64,000 bases of DNA, from the NCBI GenBank assembly GCA_964304625.1, contig OZ199840.1, positions 9,987,018 to 10,051,017 of the forward strand. The letters run 5' to 3'. Within the stretch, counting starts at the first letter, position 1; each line of letters starts with the position of its first letter. A program made the translations under genes and the position numbers. Positions 42,031 through 53,500 of this stretch are shown here, piece after piece. Below the pieces are notes generated by a model, which saw only the letters and a list, made by a program, of their open reading frames with translations, had not been told where the DNA came from and did no database searches. Source of the stretch: Kudoa neothunni. Its lineage: Eukaryota > Animalia > Cnidaria.

Positions 42031-43952
42031 TATATATAGAGCTGAAGTGTCCGTGTGTGTGTATTTGCAGAAGTACGCATGTGTCATGGAGAAACATTCT
42101 TTAAATACAGCTTTTCGTAAACATTTAGAAGGATGATACTATTAAAAAAATTCTTAATTTAATCAGAAGTACAAATATAATCAACACCGCAGTAAGAAAT
42201 ATGGAAGTTTTTGGTTGTTTATTCAAATAACAAATTAGAAAACACCTGCGTAATATTAATGTTTGTTTACTTCAGAGTGATAATCAAATTAAACGAACTT
42301 TTACTCACCATATACTAAGAGAATCTGTTAATTTTGGTATTGAGTGTTTCAAAAATGCTACCTACATAAGCCTGTTTGGAATAATTTTATGACAAATAAT
42401 ACTATTAACGTTACATTTACAAGAGTTTCTGTATTCCCTTAAAATTTGTAGCATATTGCATTTTTCTAAAATGTAGATTCATTTTAAATAATTATACACA
42501 CATTTTAAGCAAAAAAACTTATGATAGTTTTAAATAAAACACATAATTTGAGATTAAAGTTGTTGTCATCGAGGAATAATTTGGTAGTTCTAGAAGCATT
42601 CTAAAAACGACTTAAGGTGTATGTAGAGTTTTAAAATAGTTGAATTTTTGCGATATCTTAAATGAAAATTATGCTCCATTGGAATTCTCGAGATGTGAAA
42701 ATTTCTTTTTATCAAATATATCCATTGAGATTGAAACTATATTCATCTTTTCGATAAGTTTTTACTCATTTTTTGGCTTACCTGAACTTTATTGCAAAGC
42801 AGCTGCCATAACTAATTCGATAAGTTTCTATAATTGACAAGATAATTTTTTAAATAATGTTTAATTTCTTTGTAACCTAATTATTCCTTACCACCAGACA
42901 TAAAGGTTAATATTCAAGCCAATATATAATTTTCTTTTCGCTAATAATAATTCATTATGATATAAAAGTTGCATAAAAATATGCACCACTGCATTCTATA
43001 TGTTATTTAAGAATTTATATTCACGATTACTTTTGCACATAATACAGTCCCTTCTCAATATGTTAATGTAAGTTAATAAGAAATTATTGGTCTATTCGAA
43101 CTAACCAATATTTTCACAACGTTTTTGTTAATCTAAGAATAGTTCAATACAAGGAAATTTTCCAGGACAATCAAACAATATGTTTATTTTTAAAAGGGGT
43201 GTACTCTCGAGAAAACCAGTTGATATTTAAGCATTACTGTAATTTTTCAAACCAAAAACATCTTTACGTTTTAGATTTAATTGTATTTTCTTATTTATAT
43301 TTATATATTTTTGAACCAGTAAGTATTTTGATTAAAAATAAAGGTTTTATTCATTTTAAAATCGGAAAATTACGTTAAAATAGTGAAAACGTAAATTATC
43401 ACTCACTAATTATTAAAACCTCATTAACAACCTTTGTAAAATTGCAAAAAAGGAGTAACAATTAATAATTTGTTTCCGATGCAACTCATGTCGATTTTAT
43501 TTTTTTTATCGTTTGTAGACTAATATAATAATAAATTTTATAACTAGGAGGATAAATTTTTATCGCAAAATTTTGAAGAGAACTGTAAGTCCTATTTATG
43601 TAACTTAATGACTTTGTTTAATAAATGAGTGAACTTTAATCGTTAATCACATTGCTCATAAAATTAAGATCATTAATTTGTAAAGTAAACGTAAAAATAC
43701 ACATTAATTTTCTTCAATATCTCTATTTATATTTGAATGGAAAATGCGCGCATAATTTTGTTTTTCTAAATCTTCACATTGCAAAAATAATGACTAGCTT
43801 TAAAATGCAACAATTAAAACAGAATAATAAAATTTACGGGGTTTAACGTGCTAATTTGATTAAATCTTACGTAGAATTTCTCCATTCAAAAATAAAACTA
43901 AAAGTTAAAATTTTCCATCACAGTGCTAGGAAAAGCTTGGCATTAGCGATAG
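42031..43952 (+). mobile_element. Non-autonomous Helitron-like element (paralogue starts at 60842)
   Basis: Starts TATATATAGAGCTGAAGTGTCCGTGTGTGT directly after a hairpin+CTAG end (42001-42030) and ends CTAGGAAAAGCTTGGCATTAGCGATAG|T. Related ends lie on the minus strand at 56949-56975 (…GGAAAAGTTGGGCATTAGCACTAG) and 26486-26512. Confidence 0.55.
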
Positions 43953-44378
43953 TTTAATATAATGTTATATACATATAGATGTAATTTTTTCAGCATATTG
44001 TATGCAAATATTAATAGAGTACTTATTTGAAGTATAGCTATAACATAACTTAATTGTAAGTTATAAGTAATTATGGAAATAATAGTTTTTAAATATCTAT
44101 GAAAAATAATTATAATTTATTTTTTTTATTTTTGTTTTATTATATGTGGAGAAAAAGTTTTTGAGTAATAATTTTATTGATTTGTACCGATATTGAATGG
44201 ATTAAATTGAATGGGTATCTTCCGAAAAACATTTTTAAACCTATTCCCCAATACGAACTAACTGATTATTCATTTAATGAATATATGGACCATGATTAAT
44301 AGAAACGAGCATTTCTAATAACCAAAACACTATACATTTATTACAATATTGATTTTAGTTCTGAGTAGACTTTCAGAT

Positions 44379-45657
44379 ATGAGGAATCGTTTATCAGTTA
44401 TTTTTTTCCTGCAATTTTTGTGTCGCAATATCACCACATGTATAAAATAATGACTAATATATAAATTGTTGATATACTCATAGTTAAAGCATTTGACTCG
44501 TATAAACTGGACTCTGGTGAGTTCCCCTATCAACATGATGGCACCACGGATGTCACCAAAATTCTCACCAGATTCTATGTAAGGGAAGATGGCACCTGCC
44601 AAAAATTTTATTATAAAGGAAGTGGTGGTAATTCCAATAACTTTGGTACTGAACATGAATGCATGGATCATTGTAAATAACATTAAGTTTGATAGATACT
44701 TATTTCGTATTTTAGTAAAAGACCTTAGTAAATGGGAAACTCTTCAGGGCTGTAAAGAAGGATACACTGCACCAGGTCCATGCTCCGGGACAACTATCAC
44801 TAAATGGGGTTACGTCGCCAGCACAGGCACCTGTACTTCATTTACCTACGGAGGTTGTGGTGGTAATAATAATCGATTTGGCAATGAAGATGATTGTAAA
44901 CAAGCATGTGAAGGTAATCTTATTGTGAATTAGCATTATTTATCTCTTTATTAGTGGATAATCAAAAAGCCCCTAATAAATATGATTGTGAACTTCCTCC
45001 AAAATACCCCATAAGTGATGAGGTGAAAATTGCAATAGTGAAATCACAAGAAACAGCAACTAAAAAGTGTCACTACGCTATTGTTGATAAGACAGAAAGC
45101 AGAGGAATATTCCCTTCTTTCAGCAAGTGTCTCTCAACTTGTTATAGTATTTTTTAAAATTATACGCATAATTTTAAAAAATAGAAGCAGACAGTCTGAT
45201 CGAAGCATGTAGCAAGCAAGAACCACATCAAGATAATAGCAATGACAGTGATCATGTTGTGAAGTTTTACTATCGTCAATCGGTAAAAGCATGTTTGCCA
45301 TTTCTTACAAAAGCAAAATCTTCAGGATTTAATGCAAACAACAACTACTTCAATACAGAAGAAGAATGTATGAGCTACTGCCCAGTTGATGAGGGTAAAA
45401 ATATAAAACAATTTTAAAATATTAATTAAAAATTAGATAAAATAAAAGAGATGACTTATCATGTATCAAAGGATATTTGCAACCTAACAACGGCACCTAA
45501 ACAATCTGGATCACTGTCAGGGGTTATTAAATGGTACCACCATAAAAGTGGTGAAACTTCAACATGTACAAGCATAACTCATGGAGGAGTTGGAGATATT
45601 ACCAGCTTCTTTGATTCTGCTGACGAATGCAATGCTTTATGTGGAAACGCACAATAG
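44379..45657 (+). CDS. Secreted five-domain Kunitz-like protein, copy 4 (duplicate of copy 3)
   Basis: Same 6-exon structure. Exons 1, 2 and 6 appear identical to copy 3; exons 3-5 differ in loop codons. Confidence 0.9.
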
Positions 45658-46141
45658 GCCAATTTAAATATTCATGATGGTGATTATTTTCATCATTAAG
45701 ACTAATATAAAGGATCATCTTAATATTTTATATCCGTTGTGAATTTTTTGGCGTCTAAAATATCATTAAAGATATAGAATAAAAAAAGTTAGGACTACTT
45801 TTATTGTTAAAGAAATTCAATACAGTAGGCAACCGATAATACGTGATCCCCTCATGACCATCAAAAAAAGTGCGTATAAATGTTGCAACTAGACCTTTAA
45901 AAAATCGAGGGTGATTATGCGTTGAAGTGAGGATTATTAAGGATTTGGATTGGCATTTCATGATTCCAAAGTTTTGTAGTTGCTACTACTTTTTACAAAC
46001 ATTTTGATAAATAATACATCTCAGTGAATAAATTATATTAGGTTAAAACGCTTGAAATATTCAACCACACCAAAATATGGATGTGTATTGTAAAATATGA
46101 CGTAATATTTCATTGTATATTCTAAAAATGAGTAATGAATG

Positions 46142-48547
46142 TGTTAAGTTCTAGATATACTTTAATCCATATGCATAGTCACGTGTTTCAGTAGTTTATA
46201 AAATGAGCGTTTATGGTGGCATTAACATTGGCGCAGTAGCTACTGTCGAACCGTTTGATGGGAAAAATGCAGAGGCATGGTGTGCTCGATTTGAATTATT
46301 GTTAGTTCATCGAAATATTCCACCAGAAAAGCACTCATTGGAACTACTAGTGTCATTGTCACCAATAGTATTTAAGATAGTGACAGAGTCTGGATGGACA
46401 ATGACATCTGATTATAATGGAATGAAACAATTCTTGCTTAGTAGATTTGGCTCCATTAAGGATGGCTATATCTCTCAGCGAGAATTCTTCGAGTGCGTCC
46501 AAACCGATAATATGAACGTTATCGAATACGCAGAAGAGTTGCGTAGAAAAGCGGCTGTCACTCTCACTGGAGTTTCTATGGATCAAATCAACAAGATGAT
46601 GAAGAATCAATTCATCCACGGTGTGAGGAGTAAAGAAATTCAGAAAAACTTGATGATTAAGGATCCGGTATCTTTCGAAGATGCTCTTACTCTAGCTAGG
46701 AAGTTGGAGTTTGTGGCCAACAATACAATGGTGAGTGTTTCAGAAGTACCGACTCCTGAAGTTCTTGCAATTGGTGGTGTACTGTCTCAAATGATAAATG
46801 GTACAGAGAAGGTAATATCATTTGGAAGTCGCAATTTACTTCAGAGAGAAAGAAATTATTGTGCGACTCGGAAAGAATTGTTGGCTCTGGTGCATTTTGT
46901 GAAATTTTTTAAGAATTATCTTTCTGGAAAGAAATTCATAATTCGTACCGACCATAACGCTTTAAAATGGTTGTTGTCTTTCAGAAACCCAGAAGGGCAA
47001 GTTGCAAGATGGTTGGAGATTTTGGCGGAGTACGAATTTGAGGTAATCCACAGACCAGGGAAAGATCATGCGAACGCCGATGCATTGTCTCGAATTCCGA
47101 ATCCAAAGAATTGCAATGCGGTCGAAGTAAAGGGGTTCCCTGACGAGCTGATTCGAAGAGTTCAGATGGCTGATCCAAATGTATCCCAAATTATTGGTTG
47201 GATGAAGACGAATAGAATGCCTCTTGTGGAACCAAAAGAACGGAGCGACCAAATTAGAATTTTATGGAAGTTGAGATCAATGTTGAAAATCGAAAATGAT
47301 ATACTCTATCGAGTTTTCAGAAACGACACCACAATGAAGACTAGACTTAGATTGATTGTACCAGACAGACTGAAAAAAGAAGTTTTGAAAGTTGCTCATG
47401 ATAGCAGTACTTCGGGACACTTGGGGCACAACAAAGTGAATGAATTCGAATCTCGAAATTTTTACTGGCCATTTCAAAAGAAGGATGTGAAGAATTGGTG
47501 TGAATCGTGTCCAAAGTGCGCTGCGAGGAATCGACAAACAAAAAAGTTTGTTTCTGAGTTGAATACGGAAGTGTGTAGCTATCCTATGCAAAGAGTAGCT
47601 ATTGATGTTGTTGGACCGCTCCGAGTGACTAGTAATGGGAATCGCTATATTGTAGTTATTCAGGATTACTTCACTAAATGGGCAGAAGCGTTTGCCATCA
47701 AAAACCAAGAAACCATGACGATATCACAAAAACTGGTAAAGCATGTGTTTAGTAGATTTGGACTTCCTCATACACTTCACAGCGACCAAGGGAGCAATTT
47801 TGAGTCTGCAATTTTTAAGCAAACATGTGAACTGCTTGGAATAAGAAAGACGCGTACATGCCCATACAATCCTAAGTCAGACGGCATGGTAGAGAGACTG
47901 AATCGTACCATAATTGATATGTTAAGCAAGGTTGTTGATCGACATGCGGAATGGGATTCTTTGCTACCGTTGGTTATGATGGCGTATAGTTCGGCGCCTC
48001 ATAGTTCTTCGAAGTATTCTCCAAATTTCCTTATGATGGGACGAGAGGTTAAATCGGCGATCGAAATTGTTTTTGAAACTGGAAGTACCTTGCAAACGCT
48101 TGACGGTTATGTAAAAAATTTAAAATCAAATCTTACGATGGCATACAATTTGGCAAAAGAGAATATGGAGCTGTCACTGGAAAAAACGAAAAACCGATAC
48201 AACAAGAAAGCCTATGGAAATCCTTACAAACCTGGCGAAATGGTATGGGTCCAAATTCCAGTCAGGAAAAATAAACTCGATCCATTTTTCGACGGGTCGT
48301 ATACAGTGAAGCAGAGAATAACAAATTCTACTTATCGCCTCGAAAAAAATGGAAAGCAATTCGTCACAAATTTTGATAAAATGAAACCATACAAGGCTAG
48401 GAATGAGAAATTATTGGATCCTGTTATCAACCTATAAAGCCAACAAATTGAAGGGGAAAAGTGTTGCGTTCTAGATATACTTCAATCCATATGCATAGTC
48501 ACGTGTTTCAGTAGTTTATAAAATGAGCGTTTATGGTGGCATTAACA
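46142..48547 (+). mobile_element. Ty3/Gypsy LTR element lacking protease and RT (non-autonomous)
   Basis: 86-bp TG..CA LTRs at 46142-46227 and 48462-48547 (3 differences), PBS TGGCGCAGTAG and PPT GAAGGGGAAAAG. Absent from the paralogous site at ~39695. Confidence 0.93.
46203..48437 (+). CDS. 744-aa Gag-RNaseH(partial)-integrase fusion ORF
   Basis: Gag (VEPFDGK..W..RF; QFIHGVRS) is joined in frame to AIGGVLSQ..ERNYCATRKELLA..RTDH..RW (RNase H without its TDAS start). The integrase has an HHCC finger, D (AIDVVG), D (HSDQGSNF), E (GMVERLN) and a GPY-like tail. Confidence 0.9.
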   Translation: MSVYGGINIGAVATVEPFDGKNAEAWCARFELLLVHRNIPPEKHSLELLVSLSPIVFKIVTESGWTMTSDYNGMKQFLLSRFGSIKDGYISQREFFECVQTDNMNVIEYAEELRRKAAVTLTGVSMDQINKMMKNQFIHGVRSKEIQKNLMIKDPVSFEDALTLARKLEFVANNTMVSVSEVPTPEVLAIGGVLSQMINGTEKVISFGSRNLLQRERNYCATRKELLALVHFVKFFKNYLSGKKFIIRTDHNALKWLLSFRNPEGQVARWLEILAEYEFEVIHRPGKDHANADALSRIPNPKNCNAVEVKGFPDELIRRVQMADPNVSQIIGWMKTNRMPLVEPKERSDQIRILWKLRSMLKIENDILYRVFRNDTTMKTRLRLIVPDRLKKEVLKVAHDSSTSGHLGHNKVNEFESRNFYWPFQKKDVKNWCESCPKCAARNRQTKKFVSELNTEVCSYPMQRVAIDVVGPLRVTSNGNRYIVVIQDYFTKWAEAFAIKNQETMTISQKLVKHVFSRFGLPHTLHSDQGSNFESAIFKQTCELLGIRKTRTCPYNPKSDGMVERLNRTIIDMLSKVVDRHAEWDSLLPLVMMAYSSAPHSSSKYSPNFLMMGREVKSAIEIVFETGSTLQTLDGYVKNLKSNLTMAYNLAKENMELSLEKTKNRYNKKAYGNPYKPGEMVWVQIPVRKNKLDPFFDGSYTVKQRITNSTYRLEKNGKQFVTNFDKMKPYKARNEKLLDPVINL

Positions 48548-50000
48548 TATATATTCTAAAAATGGGTATTGAATGTTTATTTTTAGGTTTTACATCATTT
48601 TTGTATTGTTGAGATAAGTAATAAAAAAATGCTTTGGACGTATTAAAATTCATATATAAATTAAATTTAAAGTGCTTAAAAATCATGAATTTTGATTTGT
48701 GTCGATTATTTTACTTTTAGGTTAATTTAAAAAAAATTATTTAGTATTTTTGTTTTTAGTCACTTAATGGATATGAATATAATAATAACTTAATAAATAA
48801 ATTAAATTAAAAATTTTCATGTTTGAATTTTGGAACAAATCTTGTTATATCATTTTTAATCATGAATAAATAACGCAAAAAAATATATAAACTAAAAACC
48901 ACATTATGTTACGCTTTCGTTAAATTGAAACATCTTCGTTCTAATTTTGAATAGAATAAATCAGAAAGTTTAGTTTTTAAAATACGATGTCATTATTGAA
49001 TATTTACAAACTTATTACTAACAGTTTAAAATAAAAAAAATCATTAGACAATTAACGACTTCGAATTTGTTAAGATTATGGAGAAATAATAATTTTACTG
49101 ATGTATTTATCAACAACATAGAGATTCCATGTGAATCCGAATATGCTTTACTTAAAATTTATTCTCAGTTTATAGTTTAATTCTTTTTGAGCTTAATCTA
49201 ATTAAATGATATAATTTTTTGTGATAAGAACAAAAATAAAAAAACATTTAAAAAGGAAATAAATTAACAAGACGAATTGTAGGAAACGACTTTGTTTACG
49301 ATTTTGTATGCGACACCGCCCGAAGTTTTACACAGAAACTGTAGTACTGTAGTTTAGCTGATATTTTAAAAGAAATAAAATAGTTCATTCCAAAAAATAA
49401 AGCATTGCAGAATTTTGATAAGATAATTTCTCCTGACATTGATTAGAAAAATCCACTGTAGCCAAATCACACAATGTTGTTACTACATTGACTTAATCTC
49501 TTCGAACTAGAGGATCCTCGACACTTGAAATTTCGAGGGTTTGGAGAATTTTTGAAGCTCACAACCTCGACCCTCGATTTTTTGAAGTCCTAGTTGCAAC
49601 CGATAATACGCGCCAGGGGTACATGTGCCTATAATTTTATTTTATGTTTCCTCTATTTTTCTGCAAGGGTATTACACTGTTTATTTAAACGGAATAACAA
49701 AAAATATTATTAAGATTATTTCGGCGAAAAACAATTCGCAATTTTTGTTTTAATTATATTTATTGATAAAATATTTGTATCCTTTTATATTGGAGTAAAA
49801 TTTAATGATGATCAGTTCTAAAAAATTATAAATACTATTTTGTTTCGTATCCATTCTTTAGCGCAATATGAAATTTTTTATATCTTTACCATAAAATCTT
49901 TATTCATGTGCATCTATAACATTCTTTTATTGACGACTAATATTATCTTGAAATAAAGTTTATTATATTTTTATGGAAATGATCATTTTTTGATAATGTA

Positions 50001-50071
50001 ACACAAGATCCGAACCTGGGTTCTTTGCATTAAAAGGCGGTGATGCCATACCGCACTGCTCTCGATCGCGC
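50001..50071 (-). other. Degenerate tRNA-like/SINE head
   Basis: The minus strand reads gcgcgatcgagAGCAGTGCGGtatggcatcaccgccttttaatgcaaagaacccaGGTTCGGATCttgtgt, with A-box and B-box-like motifs but poor stems. Confidence 0.45.
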
Positions 50072-50513
50072 ATTAGTTGTTAGTGGATTATAACCCCTAT
50101 AATCCACATGTTACAGATAGATATCTCAAAAAACTTTTTCTATTCGTTCCAAAATCAATCAATCCAAAATAAAAATTTTCCCTCGTTTCCATTAAAAACA
50201 ATTTAATCTATGTGGGTTGGTCGAATAAACTTCGCATTATCGGTTAATCACGTGGTATAACAAATTTATATTTTCCTAGTTTAATTCAAAAATATTCTTA
50301 AGACTTTTATCTTTTTATAATAAGAAAAATATTATAAAATGTTTCGCCCAATATAAACTTTGAATACAACGCATCGATGAAAGCGCGTATATATCGGTTG
50401 CCTACTGTATATGTATTCATATCATTTTTTAAAATATTTAAAGAAATAAATAAGCCATTAATTTTATTAGCTTTTAACTTTACGGGCTGTGGTTACTTAA
50501 TTACTTCGGTATA

Positions 50514-53500
50514 CAGTCGGTGACCACTAATTCGTAATCCCCTCGGGGATGGTGAAAATTACGAATTATACTATACATCAGTAACGTCCAATTCGTAATG
50601 GCTTTGTGCGCGCGCACAAAAACGTGAAAATTTTGATTTTATTATTTAATTTTTAAGGCTTTCTAAAATAATCTGTTATTTTTGATTGTATTTGAGTTTT
50701 TTCAATATACTCATACACATATGATTCTAATTTAGCTAATTCATCATCTAAAGAGTAACCAGCACCTTTGAAAAATATTTTCAAATTTTCTACAAAAATT
50801 AGAGCATCTTTAAAAGTGAATTTAGACTCCACAAGTTCCTCGTATGAGATGTTCTCTAAATTATCACGTACGGGAAACAAACTTTGTTCTATACCTAATT
50901 CATCGACTTCTTCTAGAGATGTGGTACTATCTGAAGATAAAATTTTATTGGAATTTTCTGGTTCATTTACGGATGTTTTTAAGCTGAAACCAGATTTAGA
51001 AAAACAATTATAATTGTTTCAGGAACTATTGAATTCCAAGTATCCTTAATAAGAGTCATTGCTTCCCATAAATCTAGAGGTTTTATATCCAGTCCAATTT
51101 CTGCATGAAACGTGTGTCGCCTCGTTAAGTTTTTCCGGTATGTTTGCCTTAAATGAACGAATAACACCTTGATCCATTGGTAGTAGGACCGATGTGGTGT
51201 TTTTGGGAAAATAGACTATTTGAACGTTAGAGAGTTCCACGCGTTGATGGCAACTTGCATTGTCCATAAAAAGAACAATTTTTTTGTTCCTACTTCTGAA
51301 AATACTGTTAAGTTTTAACAGATAATTTCTGTTGTATTTGCGCGAGGAAACAATCAATTTCAACCTGATTGTTATTGTCTAGCGGATTTCCGCCCAGTAA
51401 TGTAGTGGGCTGGCGCGGAGCCCAGCCTCGGTTGATTGGGGGGATTACTACATCCTCTCCTTCCTTCTAAAATGAACTCTTGGTGTTTGTTCGTAAGTCC
51501 CATTAACCTCGCCGATCTTCTTAGTTGCTGCTGAACTGGTTTTTTATGAGTTTCTTTGTCGTCGTCACTGTGTTGAAGCGGTGGAGTAGAATAGTCGGAA
51601 TCAGAGAGGGGCATATCGTTTTGAACCTTTTGCAAGATATCGTCCAAATGGACCGTTTTGGTGTAATCGAATCGGATGTTTTTACAACGTACGTAACTCG
51701 ACCCTTACGTGATTCAATGGTCGCAGGCTCAAATGTACCAGTATTATGGTCTTTTACCATGACTCGATCGTTTGGTGCAAACTCTCTAAATCTGTTGAAT
51801 TTCGGATCTATAGACGACGTTGGCTGTTTTGGTTTAAGTTTGACAGAGGTATTCTGACGTTTTTATTGAGGAAAAGTTTACTTGGAGTTTGTTGCGTGAT
51901 TGAATGAGGAGTATTTCTATATGCAAACAACAGTTCTGTTAAGTCGATACACTTACCATTGTCAGACTGCTTTTTAAGGAAACTTTTCAGAATGCGGACG
52001 TACCTCTCCGCCAGGCCATTCGGCTGTGGATGGTAAGGTGGACTATACCTTTGTTTTATTCTCAGTGAAGAGCAGAATTGTTTGAATTCTCTACTCGCGA
52101 ATTGGGGTCCATTATCGCTCGCGATTAATTCAGGAACACCAAAACGACCAATAAAATCCTTAAGGTAGGCAATAGTGCGTGAAGAGGTTGTTGATTTAGT
52201 TGGATAAACTTCTAACCAACGAGAATAGGCGTCCACTAAGATAAGATAGTAGGTTCCCTTATATTCAGCGTAATCCATATGTACGCGCTCAAGCGGTCGT
52301 ACAGCTATTTCCCACGTAAGAACATTGAATTTAGGTGGAGAAGCTGCCCATTTCCTACAGTCCATACAAGAGTTGCATAGCAGCTCTATGTCATCGTTGA
52401 ATGATGGCCACCATACATAGGATCTAGCTAAACATTTCATCTTTTCGATACCCATATGGGCCCAATAGAGTTTATCAAGAACCGTCTTTTGCATCGTTTT
52501 AGGTATTACCATTCGCATTCCAAAAACAAGGCAGCCGACGTCCATATGTAATGCATGTCGTTGAGCGAAGTATGGTTTATGCTCTTGTATCTGAAAAGTT
52601 TTCGGCCAGCCATTTTGGACATATTTTATAATATTTTGTAAGGTCGTATCCTTTTGAGTTTCCACTCTCAAATAGGTTGAACTAATTGGTAGATGACTGC
52701 TCATAGACAATAGGAAACATTCTGTTTCTAGAGGCATATTGTCTTCGATGGGAAGCCTGAACATGGCATAAACGTTAGAATTAGATTTACCTTGTCGAAA
52801 GATTATTTTGTAGCTATAGTTTGATAGGAAAATAGCCCATCTTTGTATCCTCGAAGTAGCTATTGTTGGAATTGATTTGCATTCGTTTAACAAAGTTGAT
52901 ATGGGATAGTTGTCGCAGAATATGGAAAATTCCCTTCCATAAAGATACCAGTGGAATTTTTTACAGGCGTATACGATTGCTAGTCCTTCCTTCTCCAATT
53001 GGCTATAATTTTGCTCTGCTACGGACAATTTTCTCGATGCGAACATTATCGGCCTTTCACTATTATCAGGAAGTCTGTGTGATATCACAGCACCTAATCC
53101 ACACGAAGAGGCGTCAGTGCTAAGTACAATTGGTAGTTTCGGATCGTAATATATCACACATGAATTGGAGGAAAGTTCTCTCTTGGAATCGTTGAAGGCT
53201 TTATCGCACTTATCGTCCCAAACAAATTTCGCATCTTTAGCCAGTAAGGAGGATAATGGTGAAACCAGAGATGATAGATTATTGATAAATTTGGCGTAAT
53301 AATTTATAAGTCCCAACCAAGCACGTAATTCGGAAATATTCTCCGGTTTTGGGCAATCAATAATGGCTTTGACTTTTTCATTGAGGGGTTTTATTCCTTC
53401 ATTAGTTATCAAATGACCAAGATATAGTAGTTGTTGAACAGCGAATATACATTTATCAGCTCTAGCTTTTATATTGTGTCGATTCAACCTTTGTAATACT

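Larger units (their letters stand above)
37584..43952 (+). repeat. Tandem segmental duplication, copy A (~6.37 kb)
   Basis: 37584-~41120 aligns to 43953-~49970 once the LTR insertion is removed. 41388-~43880 aligns to ~57134-64000 once the MULE and Tc1 insertions are removed. Confidence 0.92.
45823..50407. mobile_element. pogo/Tc1-type non-autonomous DNA element hosting the LTR insertion
   Basis: TA-CAGTAGGCAACCGATA ... TATCGGTTGCCTACTG-TA. The left end is also at 39434 in copy A, where the right end is missing. Confidence 0.75.
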
